From positions 37,696 to 101,695 of the forward strand of contig JBIQHQ010000003.1 of the NCBI GenBank assembly GCA_044508445.1: 64,000 nucleotides of DNA, given 5' to 3'. Source of the stretch: Deinococcaceae bacterium. GTDB lineage: Bacteria; Deinococcota; Deinococci; Deinococcales; Trueperaceae. How positions within the stretch are numbered: the stretch's first letter is position 1; each line of letters starts with the position of its first letter. Under the pieces are notes generated by a model that saw nothing but the letters and a program-made list of their open reading frames with translations, was not told the DNA's origin and searched no databases. A program made the position numbers and the translations under genes. Shown piece after piece: positions 56,641 to 64,000 of the stretch.

Positions 56641-56670
56641 TGACTTGAAGTTTACTTGAAGTTGTACCGT
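56640..56670 (+). promoter_or_regulatory. MerR-type promoter with SoxR-box-like dyad: -35 TTGACT, 19-bp spacer, -10 TACCGT
   Basis: TTGACT (56640-45), 19-nt spacer tgaagtttacttgaagttg, TACCGT (56665-70). The spacer contains ACTTGAAGTT twice (56643-52, 56654-63). The core CTTGAAGTTTACTTGAAG matches the E. coli soxS box CCTCAAGTTAACTTGAGG (recalled from memory) at 14/18 positions in the same register. Confidence 0.7.
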
Positions 56671-56676
56671 CCGGGC

Positions 56677-57402
56677 ATGACCATGCCGCGTACTGCCGAG
56701 GAAGACCCCGGGCGGCGCCGCGTCGCCATCGTCACCGGAGCCTCGCGCGGGCTGGGCCTCGAGCTCGCCGAGCGCCTGGCGCACGACGGCTGGAGCGTCG
56801 TCGTCGACGCCCGCCACGCCGCTGAGCTAGGGGAGGCGGTCGAGGGCCTGGGGCCCCGCGTGCGCCCGGTGCCGGGCGACGTGACGGACCCCGCGCACCG
56901 GGAGCGGCTCGTGGCGGCCGCTCACGAGCTGGGCGCACTGGAGCTGCTCGTCAACAACGCCTCCACCCTCGGGCCGACGCCGCTGCCCGGCCTGGCCCGC
57001 TACCCGCTGCCGGCGCTGAGGGAGGTCCTCGAGACGAACGTCGTGGCGCCGCTGGCGTTGGTCCAGGCCTGCCTGCCGGCGCTCGAGTCGGCGGGGGGAG
57101 CGGTCGTGAACGTCACGTCCGACGCCGCCGTCGAGGGCTACGAGGGCTGGGGCGGCTACGGCGCGTCGAAGGCGGCCCTCGAGCAGCTCAGCCGCGTGCT
57201 GGCCGCCGAGCAACCGCGCGTGCGCGTCTACTGGGTCGACCCCGGCGACATGAACACGCGCATGCAGCAGGACGCCTTCCCCGGCGAGGACGTCTCCGAC
57301 CGCCCGCCGCCGAGCGCCAGCGTGCCCGGCCTGCTGCGCCTCGTGAACGACAGGCCGCCGTCTGGCCGCTACCTGGCCAGGGCGGAAGGGGTGCCGGGAT
57401 GA
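56677..57402 (+). CDS. short-chain dehydrogenase/reductase (classical SDR)
   Basis: VAIVTGASRGLG, NNAS and YGASKAAL (YxxxK). Start is ATG 56677 (6 nt after the TACCGT -10); alternatives are TTG 56656 and ATG 56683. Confidence 0.85.
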   Translation: MTMPRTAEEDPGRRRVAIVTGASRGLGLELAERLAHDGWSVVVDARHAAELGEAVEGLGPRVRPVPGDVTDPAHRERLVAAAHELGALELLVNNASTLGPTPLPGLARYPLPALREVLETNVVAPLALVQACLPALESAGGAVVNVTSDAAVEGYEGWGGYGASKAALEQLSRVLAAEQPRVRVYWVDPGDMNTRMQQDAFPGEDVSDRPPPSASVPGLLRLVNDRPPSGRYLARAEGVPG

Positions 57403-58523
57403 CGGTCACGACGCGCGCCGCGGCGCCGGGCAACGGGCCGGCGACCGCGCCGGGCGACGGGCCGGTGGCGGCTCCGGGCGGCGGGTCCGCCGCGGAACGG
57501 CGCCGCGGCCCGGCGGCGGCGCCGCCGCGCGCGCCCGCCTCCGGCTACCGCCCGCGGAACGCCGTCAGGCTCATGGTCGCCGACGCCGCCACGGGCGCGA
57601 TCTCGCACCGCCGCTTCGACGGCATCGCCGACGCGCTGCGGCCGGGCGACGTGCTGGTGGTCAACGTCTCGGCCACCGTGCCGGCCGCCGTGGACGGCGT
57701 GGGTGCCGCGGGGCCGGTGCGGCTGCACCTCTCCTCGCCGGTGGCCGGCGCCGTGTGGACGGTGGAGCCGCGTCGGCCGCTGGGCGTGGGCTCGGCGCCC
57801 TGGCGGGACCACGTCGGCGGCGAGGTAGTGCTGCCCGCCGGCGCCTCGGCGCGGCTCCTGGCGCGCGACGCCCGCTCGCCGCGCCTGTGGCTGGCCGAGC
57901 TGCGGGGCATGGGCGACGTGCTCGCCTACCTGCGCCGGCACGGCCAGCCCATCCGCTACGCCCACGAGCGAAGGGCACGGCCCCTCAGCGCGTACCAGAC
58001 CGTCTTCGCCAGCACGCCCGGCTCGGCCGAGATGCCGAGCGCGGGCCGGCCGTTCACGCCCAGGCTCGTCGCCCGGCTGGCGGCGTCCGGCGTCGTCTTC
58101 GCCCCCGTGGTCCTGCACTGCGGCGTGGCGTCCTTCGAGGCCGGGGAGACGCCCGACGCCGAGCGCTACGAGGTGGGGGAGACCACGGCGCGGCTGGTGA
58201 ACCAGGCGCGCGCCGCCGGACGCCGCGTCGTGGCCGTCGGCACCACGGCGGCCCGAGCGCTCGAGACCGTCGCCGACTCGACCGGGCAGGTCCACCCCGG
58301 CAGCGGGCGCACCGAGCTGCTGATAGGCCCGGAGCGCGGGGTGAGGTCCGTCGACGGGCTCCTCACCGGGTGGCACGAGGCCGGCGCCTCGCACAGGGCG
58401 CTGGTCGAGGCCGTCGCCGGACCCGAGCTCGTCGCCCGCTGCTACGCCGAGGCGGAGGAGCGCGGCTACCTCTGGCACGAGTTCGGGGACGCGCTGCTCG
58501 CGGGGATGCTGGGCGCGAGCTAG
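57399..58523 (+). CDS. divergent S-adenosylmethionine:tRNA ribosyltransferase-isomerase (QueA) family protein
   Basis: QueA-like blocks LRPGDVLVVNVSATVPAAV and RVVAVGTTAARALE...LLTGWHEAGASH...YLWHEFGDALL. It has a Pro/Ala/Gly-rich N-terminal extension and lacks the usual N-terminal motif. ATGA overlap with the SDR stop. Confidence 0.7.
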   Translation: MTVTTRAAAPGNGPATAPGDGPVAAPGGGSAAERRRGPAAAPPRAPASGYRPRNAVRLMVADAATGAISHRRFDGIADALRPGDVLVVNVSATVPAAVDGVGAAGPVRLHLSSPVAGAVWTVEPRRPLGVGSAPWRDHVGGEVVLPAGASARLLARDARSPRLWLAELRGMGDVLAYLRRHGQPIRYAHERRARPLSAYQTVFASTPGSAEMPSAGRPFTPRLVARLAASGVVFAPVVLHCGVASFEAGETPDAERYEVGETTARLVNQARAAGRRVVAVGTTAARALETVADSTGQVHPGSGRTELLIGPERGVRSVDGLLTGWHEAGASHRALVEAVAGPELVARCYAEAEERGYLWHEFGDALLAGMLGAS

Positions 58524-59407
58524 CCGCGGAACATGTGTACCCCGGGGTCGGTCGCCACGTCCTCGCCGGAGGCGGAGGGCGCCCTGTAGGCCACGGCCAG
58601 CATGGGCGTGTCGTAGGCGAAGCCGAAGGTGCCGTCCCGTCCCAGGTAGATGAAGCCGCCGTCGCCCTTCGCCCTGGAGAGGTCGTCGAGGCCGGCGCGC
58701 AGGGCCTCCTCCGGGCTCGCGCCCAGGTCGATGCGCAGGGCCACGCTGCGGCACGCCGCGCTGCGCAGGAACGCCTCGCCGATGCCCGTGCCCGAGAGGG
58801 CGTGTCGCTCGTCGCACCAGGTGCCGGCGCCCGGCACCGGCGTGTCGCCCAGGCGCCCCGGGTACTGGCCGAGGATGCCGCCGGTGCTGGTGGCGGCGGC
58901 CAGGCGTCCGTCGTCGGCCAGCGCCAGCGCCCCCACGGTGCCGCGGCCGGGCCTGTCGGTGCCGCGCCGGCGCCAACGCTCGAGCTCCTCCCGCGTGCGC
59001 TCGGTGAGCAGGGACTCGTTCGGCACCGGGTGGTCCTCCAGGCGCTCGGCGCCCGCGCCGGCGAGGATCACGTGCGGCGTCGACGTGCGCACCTTCTCGG
59101 CGAGCCTGACGGGGTTCCGGGAGTTCGTCACCGCCGCCACCGCGCCGGCGCTCCCGTCGGCGGCCATCACGCAGGCGTCCAGCTCGACCCGGCCCTCGCG
59201 CGTGGGCGCGCCGCCCACGCCGGCGTTGAAGGCCGCCTCGTTCGCCTCCATGGCGCTGACGGCCGCGATCACGGCCCGCACCGGGTCGCCCGAGGCCGTC
59301 AGCTCGCGGTAGCCGGCGTCGGCAGCTTCCCTCAGGCCCTCGCGGTAGGCGCCCGTGTACCTCTCCGGCACCGTGCCGGCGCCGCCGTGGATGACAAGTA
59401 TCGCCAT
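58520..59407 (-). CDS. isoaspartyl peptidase / L-asparaginase (Ntn hydrolase)
   Basis: MAILVIHGGAG and autoprocessing site GTVGALALA...ATSTGG. ATG 59407 lies 7 nt after TAACTT. Confidence 0.85.
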   Translation of the reverse strand: MAILVIHGGAGTVPERYTGAYREGLREAADAGYRELTASGDPVRAVIAAVSAMEANEAAFNAGVGGAPTREGRVELDACVMAADGSAGAVAAVTNSRNPVRLAEKVRTSTPHVILAGAGAERLEDHPVPNESLLTERTREELERWRRRGTDRPGRGTVGALALADDGRLAAATSTGGILGQYPGRLGDTPVPGAGTWCDERHALSGTGIGEAFLRSAACRSVALRIDLGASPEEALRAGLDDLSRAKGDGGFIYLGRDGTFGFAYDTPMLAVAYRAPSASGEDVATDPGVHMFRG

Positions 59408-59521
59408 GGACGCCAAGTTACCAGGGGCCGGTCGCACCGGCGGGACGCGGCCCGGAGCGGCGGCGCCGCGGGTCGGCGCCGGGCGCCCCCGCCAGCACCG
59501 GCCCGGGTCGCCCGCTCGCCC

Positions 59522-60433
59522 TCAGGCGCCCGGTCGCGCCAGGTCGTACTCGGAGGCCTCCGCTGCCATCTCGTAGCCGATGCGCACGTAGACGGCGTTC
59601 GAGGTGGGGTTGTCGAGGTCGGTGTAGAGGAAGCAGTACCTGTTGCCGGCGTCGAGGACGCTCCGGCTCACAGCGGCCACGAGGCTCTCGGCGTAGCCGC
59701 GTCGCCTCAGCTCGGGTGGGGTGTACACGGGGCCGATGCGTCGACCGTGCGGCGTCCGCGCCCCGAGCCCGGCGATGCTCACGGGCCTCCCGTCCGCCTC
59801 GAGCACGTAGAGGCGCCGGTACTCGGAGGTGAGGAAGCCGCGGAAGGTCTCCTCCGGCGTGCCCACGTCGACGTGGGCCTCCGCGAAGAACGCCGTCAGC
59901 CACGGCACCACCACGCCCTCGTCGGCCTCGGTGGCCGGCCTGACCTCGCCGGGCGTCCTGGCGGCCTCCCGCACCCGCTCCAGGCCGTAGATCCCCTGCC
60001 GCATCTTCCGCCTGGCCTCGAGCCCCAGGCGGTCGGCCAGCCACGAGGCGACCCGCCCGGCGGTGGGCTCCGGACCCACGACGCCGGGCGGGCGGGCGCC
60101 GCGCCGCAGCAGGTCCTCCAGGAGCGTCTCCAGCGCCGCGGGGTCGTCGCCGTCTCCCACCACCAGCCTGTAGGGAGGGGTCATGACCAGGGCCGCCGCC
60201 GAGCGCCCTGCCGGGTCGATGGCGAGGAGCAGCTCGGCGTCGTCCCGCCGCAGCGAGCCGTCGGCGAGCGCCGACGCGATGCCGACGGCCAGGTTGTTCA
60301 CGACCTCGCGTCGGGCGAGGTGGTCGACGATGCGGCCGGCCAGCGCACGGCGACCCGGCGCGTCGGCCGGGGCGCGCTCGACCGTGAAGCCCTTCGCCGC
60401 GCCGCCTCCTCGCGCCCCCTTACGTTCTGGCAT
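59522..60433 (-). CDS. GNAT family N-acetyltransferase (two-domain)
   Basis: C-terminal GNAT core VYTPPELRRRGYAESLVAAV...NPTSNAVYVRIGYE. Start is ATG 60433 (7 nt after TATGCT); the track start is TTG 60451. Confidence 0.7.
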   Translation of the reverse strand: MPERKGARGGGAAKGFTVERAPADAPGRRALAGRIVDHLARREVVNNLAVGIASALADGSLRRDDAELLLAIDPAGRSAAALVMTPPYRLVVGDGDDPAALETLLEDLLRRGARPPGVVGPEPTAGRVASWLADRLGLEARRKMRQGIYGLERVREAARTPGEVRPATEADEGVVVPWLTAFFAEAHVDVGTPEETFRGFLTSEYRRLYVLEADGRPVSIAGLGARTPHGRRIGPVYTPPELRRRGYAESLVAAVSRSVLDAGNRYCFLYTDLDNPTSNAVYVRIGYEMAAEASEYDLARPGA

Positions 60434-60492
60434 GGTGGCAAGCATAGCCAAGGGCCGCCACGCCGCCCATGGGGGGCGGCTGAGACCTTGGT

Positions 60493-60498
60493 TAGACT
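60493..60498 (+). promoter_or_regulatory. -10-like hexamer TAGACT, 6 nt upstream of the mreD ATG 60505
   Basis: ggtTAGACTgacgcgATG. Confidence 0.5.
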
Positions 60499-60504
60499 GA
60501 CGCG

Positions 60505-60996
60505 ATGCGCCTGGTGCTGTTCTACCTGGTCCTGCTCGTCTCGCAGGGCTTCCTCTCGGCGCTGCTGGCGCCGCTGCCGGCGCCCGACCTGTTCCTGCTC
60601 GCGGTGCTGACCCTCCTCTGGCGGGTCCAGCCGTGGCAGCTCGTGGCCGTGGCCTACGGGATCGGCCTCGTGCAGGACGTCGGCGGCCAGGGCGTCCTGG
60701 GCATGCACGCGATGGCGCTGGCCGGCGGCGCGCTGGCCGCGACCTTCGTGCGGGCGCAGCTCACGAACTCGGGGGCACTGGAGCGCCTCCTCGTCGTCTT
60801 CGTCGCCGTGGTGGGCAAGTGGGCGGTGATGGCCATGCTCCTCGCCTGGCTCGTCGGAGGACCCTACAGCCTCGACAGGCTCGGCGCCGTGGTCGCCGTC
60901 GAGAGCGCCCTCACCGTGCTGGCCGGCCTGCTCGTGCTGCCGTGGAGCGCGGCGCTCCTCGACAGGAGCCGCGTGCTGCAGAAGGAGCTCATCTGA
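60505..60996 (+). CDS. mreD: rod shape-determining protein MreD
   Basis: 163-aa polytopic membrane protein (LLAVLTLLW...AYGIGLVQDV) immediately upstream of PBP2. Confidence 0.7.
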   Translation: MRLVLFYLVLLVSQGFLSALLAPLPAPDLFLLAVLTLLWRVQPWQLVAVAYGIGLVQDVGGQGVLGMHAMALAGGALAATFVRAQLTNSGALERLLVVFVAVVGKWAVMAMLLAWLVGGPYSLDRLGAVVAVESALTVLAGLLVLPWSAALLDRSRVLQKELI

Positions 60997-62795
60997 TGGT
61001 CGGGCGGATGCGCCTGCTGCTGGCGTTCTTCCTCACCGTCCTGGCGGTGTTCACGGGGCGGCTGATGGTCCTCCAGCTCGTGAGGACCGAGGAGTACGCC
61101 CTGAGGAGCATCCAGAACTCGCTGGCCCAGCAGCGCATCACGCCGCTCCGCGGCCGGATCCTGGCGCGCGACGGCACCGTGCTGGCCGACGACCGCGTGG
61201 CGCACGACCTCATGTACATGGGCGGGCCGGCGCCCGAGTGGGAGCGCATCAAGGCCCTGCTGGGCCTGACCGGCGACCTGCGCGAGCCCGACCCCACGAA
61301 GGCCGAGGAGGTCATGAACGGTGCCGTGGCCGTCTGGAACATCCCCGACGAGCTGGTACCGGCGGTGGAGGAGCGCGTGGCAGGCAGCACGAACCTCTAC
61401 CTGCGCGAGCGCATCGAGCGCACCTACCCCACGAACCTGGCGGCCCAGGTCGTGGGCTACACGCAGCAGGCCGACCCGGTGCGCAACCCCGGCTACTCGG
61501 TCAACGACCTGGTGGGGATCGCGGGCATCGAGGCCGCCTACGAGGCGTCCCTGTTCGGCAGCGCCGGGGCGCGTCAGGTGGAGGTGGACTCCGGCGGCTC
61601 GGTCGTGGCCTCGCACGTGCTGTGGTCGGCCCAGCCCGGCTACGACGTCGTGCTGACGATAGACCCGCAGCTCCAGCGCCTCGCCGAGGACGTGCTGCAG
61701 CGCTCGCTGACCTACGTGAACGAGGACCGCGTGCGCGTGGGCCTGCCCACGGAGGACGTGGCCAAGGGCGCGATCATCGCTCTCGACCCGCGTACGGGCG
61801 AGGTGCTGGCGATGGCCAGCTCGCCCACCTACGACCAGAACGTGTTCACGCATCGCCCGTCCGACCCCACGGCCGTCGAGGCCATCCTGCACAGCGACGA
61901 CAAGCCGCTCACGAACCGCGCCGTGGAGGCCTACCCGCCGGCGTCGACGTTCAAGGTCGTGACCTCGTCGGCGCTCCTCGAGAACGGCTACATCGCGCCG
62001 AGCCAGCGCTTCCCCTGCAGCGCCGTGTTCCGCTACGGCAACATCACCTGGCGCAACTGGGCGACCTTCGACAAGGGCATGTACGACGTGCGCCACGCGA
62101 TCGCCGACAGCTGCAACACCTTCTTCTGGAACGCGGCCTACTCCACGCCCGACTTCAGCCGGGGCTGGGGGCCTTTCATCGGCGACCTCGTCGAGCGCGC
62201 CCGGCAGCTCGGGTTCGGGCGACCCACGGGCGTGGGCCTGCTCGAGGAGAAGTCGGGCCGCATCCCCGACGAGCAGTGGGTGAGGGCGCAGCCCCAGTAC
62301 GAGCACGGCTGGCTCCCCGGCTTCACGCTCAACACCGTGATAGGCCAGGGCGACGTGCTGGCGACCCCCGTGCAGATCGCGCAGTTCGTGTGCACGATCG
62401 CGAACCGCGGGCTGATGCCGCGGCCCTTCCTCGTCAGGCAGATCGGCCAGCAGGTCATGGAGCCGCAGGTCACGGAGGTGCCCGGCGACTACTGGGAGAC
62501 GCTCATCGACGGCATGGAGCTGATGTTCACCGACTACCCCTCGGCCAACACGATGGGGCCGCGCGTCTACCCTTGGACGGTGGCGGGCAAGACCGGAACG
62601 GCGCAGACGGGCCGCGGCGGCGACTGGACGCACGCGTGGTTCATGGGCTTCAGCCCCGTCGAGAAGCCGCAGATCGCCCTCGTGGTATTCATCGAGTACG
62701 GCGGCTCCAGCTCGCGCGTCTCGGTGCCGGTGGCCCGCGACTTCCTGGCCGGGTACTGGCAGCTCAAGGGTGTGGAGGTGCAGGCTTCCCGGTGA
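60996..62795 (+). CDS. mrdA: penicillin-binding protein 2 (elongasome transpeptidase)
   Basis: N-terminal TM segment, then motifs STFK, SCN and KTGTA. The ATG overlaps the mreD stop (TGATG). The track ORF 60633.. over-extends 5'. Confidence 0.9.
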   Translation: MVGRMRLLLAFFLTVLAVFTGRLMVLQLVRTEEYALRSIQNSLAQQRITPLRGRILARDGTVLADDRVAHDLMYMGGPAPEWERIKALLGLTGDLREPDPTKAEEVMNGAVAVWNIPDELVPAVEERVAGSTNLYLRERIERTYPTNLAAQVVGYTQQADPVRNPGYSVNDLVGIAGIEAAYEASLFGSAGARQVEVDSGGSVVASHVLWSAQPGYDVVLTIDPQLQRLAEDVLQRSLTYVNEDRVRVGLPTEDVAKGAIIALDPRTGEVLAMASSPTYDQNVFTHRPSDPTAVEAILHSDDKPLTNRAVEAYPPASTFKVVTSSALLENGYIAPSQRFPCSAVFRYGNITWRNWATFDKGMYDVRHAIADSCNTFFWNAAYSTPDFSRGWGPFIGDLVERARQLGFGRPTGVGLLEEKSGRIPDEQWVRAQPQYEHGWLPGFTLNTVIGQGDVLATPVQIAQFVCTIANRGLMPRPFLVRQIGQQVMEPQVTEVPGDYWETLIDGMELMFTDYPSANTMGPRVYPWTVAGKTGTAQTGRGGDWTHAWFMGFSPVEKPQIALVVFIEYGGSSSRVSVPVARDFLAGYWQLKGVEVQASR

Positions 62796-63358
62796 AGGCC
62801 AGGGGTACGCGCGGAGGCATACTGCTGACCCTCGAGCCCGGCGACGACGTCGCGAAGGTCGAGGAGTCGCTCGGCGCCCACGCCGAGCTGCTTAAGGAGA
62901 AGGTGGCGCTGGAGGTGTCCGACAGGACGCCCGTCGAGGTCATCGAGGCCGTGGCCCGCAGCGTGAGGGAGGCCGGCGGCACGTTCACCGACGTGCGCCC
63001 GCCGGTGAACAAGCTGCAGGCGCGCGGCGAGACCGTGATCGTCGCCCGCACAGTGCGCAGCGGCGGGCGCGTGGAGTCCACGGGGTCGGTGGTGGTCCTG
63101 GGCGACGTCAACGCCGGCGCCGAGGTACTGGCCAACGACGACATCATCGTGATCGGCACCCTGCGGGGTCTGGCCCACGCCGGCGCGGGCGGCAACGAGA
63201 AGGCCGTGATCTGGGCCGAGCGCATACAGAGCCCCCAGCTCCGCATCGGCGGGGCCGTGGCCCAGGCCGCCGGCCACGACGAGGCGAACGGCCGCGGGCC
63301 GGAGGTGGCCCTGCTGAAGGACGGGGCCATCGTCATAAGGCCCTGGTCGAACACCTGA
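62792..63358 (+). CDS. minC: septum site-determining protein MinC
   Basis: 188 aa. C-terminal beta-helix signature SVVVLGDVNAGAEVLANDDIIVIGTLRGLAHAG. The GTG overlaps the mrdA stop (GTGA). Confidence 0.8.
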   Translation: MKARGTRGGILLTLEPGDDVAKVEESLGAHAELLKEKVALEVSDRTPVEVIEAVARSVREAGGTFTDVRPPVNKLQARGETVIVARTVRSGGRVESTGSVVVLGDVNAGAEVLANDDIIVIGTLRGLAHAGAGGNEKAVIWAERIQSPQLRIGGAVAQAAGHDEANGRGPEVALLKDGAIVIRPWSNT

Positions 63359-63381
63359 GGCCGGTCCGGCCGGCGCCGGGC

Positions 63382-64000
63382 CTAGGAGGTCGCCGCCACG
63401 AACCGGTCCAGCACCTGGTCCCAGCCGGGCTCGTAGCTGGCGCGCAGACGGAGCGCCTCGGTGCCGTGCTCCTCCCAGCCCCTGTGCTCCAGGTACAGCT
63501 CCGTGCCGCCGGCCACCGACCGGAAGCGCACCTCGAGCACGGACGCCGCCTTGGGCTCGGGTGAGGGGTGCCAGGAGATCACGAACCGGTGCGGCGGGTT
63601 CCAGGCCAGGACCTCGCCCCAGCTGCACGCGGTGCCGTCGGCGGCGACCTCGAGCAGCCGCCCGCCCACGCGCCCCTCGAACCTGAGCTCCGCCACGTCC
63701 TCGCCGGCCACCGAGTGGGTGGCCACGGGCCACCACTCGCTCATGCGCCAGGTGAAGAGGTCGAAGGCGTCCTCCACGGCCAAGGGGACGGTCCGGGTCT
63801 TGATGACGGGGGCTACCCTCGTGGTCGTCTCCTGCATCGCGTGCTCCTTCCGCGCGGCGGCCTCGAAGGCGTCGAGCGCGTCGTCCCACAGCTCCTCGAA
63901 CCAGGCCCGGAGCTCCGCCAGGCCCGCCTCGTCGGCCCTGTACACCCGGCTGGCGCCCCTTCGCTCCGCCACGACCAGGCCGGCGTCGCGGAGCACGCGC
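63382..64000 (-). CDS. ArsR-type HTH (C-terminal part visible) fused in frame to an SRPBCC/AHSA1-like domain; 5' end beyond the window
   Basis: LRDAGLVVAERRGASRVYRADEAGLAELRAWFE (end of an ArsR/SmtB wHTH) continues without a stop into MQETTTRVAPVIKTRTVPLAVEDAFDLFT...WHPSPEP...LEHRGWE (Aha1/SRPBCC-like). Confidence 0.65.
   Translation of the reverse strand, partial: RVLRDAGLVVAERRGASRVYRADEAGLAELRAWFEELWDDALDAFEAAARKEHAMQETTTRVAPVIKTRTVPLAVEDAFDLFTWRMSEWWPVATHSVAGEDVAELRFEGRVGGRLLEVAADGTACSWGEVLAWNPPHRFVISWHPSPEPKAASVLEVRFRSVAGGTELYLEHRGWEEHGTEALRLRASYEPGWDQVLDRFVAATS

Noticed and set aside
58520-58523. Four-nucleotide overlap (CTAG) of the convergent QueA-like and asparaginase genes.
   Set aside because: The palindromic CTAG provides a TAG stop on both strands. 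This is a trivial consequence of tight packing, with no evidence of function.

Overview
Very GC-rich bacterial chromosomal segment. I call 56 protein-coding genes and see no rRNA, tRNA, CRISPR array, transposase, integrase or recognisable defence system. Most of the window is housekeeping: hemC (partial), metK, gatB, gatA, dps, folE, sdhCDAB, rpmH-rnpA-yidD-yidC-jag-prmC, lspA, a 1.6-kaa NAD-glutamate dehydrogenase, hemW, a sugar ABC importer, ftsK, and mreD-mrdA-minC. The accessory-looking part is an envelope region at about 3.1-18.1 kb. It holds a translationally coupled CDP-sugar operon behind a TolC-like gene, a Wzc-like tyrosine kinase plus ugd, a secreted TPR protein, a cadherin/Ig-like lipoprotein, and two tandem paralogues (13467-15083, 15153-16283). 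These two paralogues are the most unusual content. Each combines a signal peptide, SLH cell-wall anchoring motifs, a Cys-capped coiled coil and long collagen-type (GXY)n rods. The rods are interrupted by a conserved 27-residue Cys-bracketed double DxDxDG (EF-hand/thrombospondin-type-3-like) module. Other notable signals: about 23 genes have a TANNNT hexamer 5-9 nt upstream of the start codon and no Shine-Dalgarno, suggesting leaderless transcripts. There is a textbook MerR-type 19-bp-spacer promoter with a SoxR-box-like dyad between soxR and an SDR/QueA-like operon. NTGA start/stop overlaps are pervasive. rnpA has no canonical start codon, and its frame stays open across the whole of rpmH. SLH-anchored envelope proteins, frequent leaderless genes and the rpmH/rnpA peculiarity fit a Deinococcus-Thermus-like lineage, but that is inference only. 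All calls rest on reading the translations; no database search was possible.
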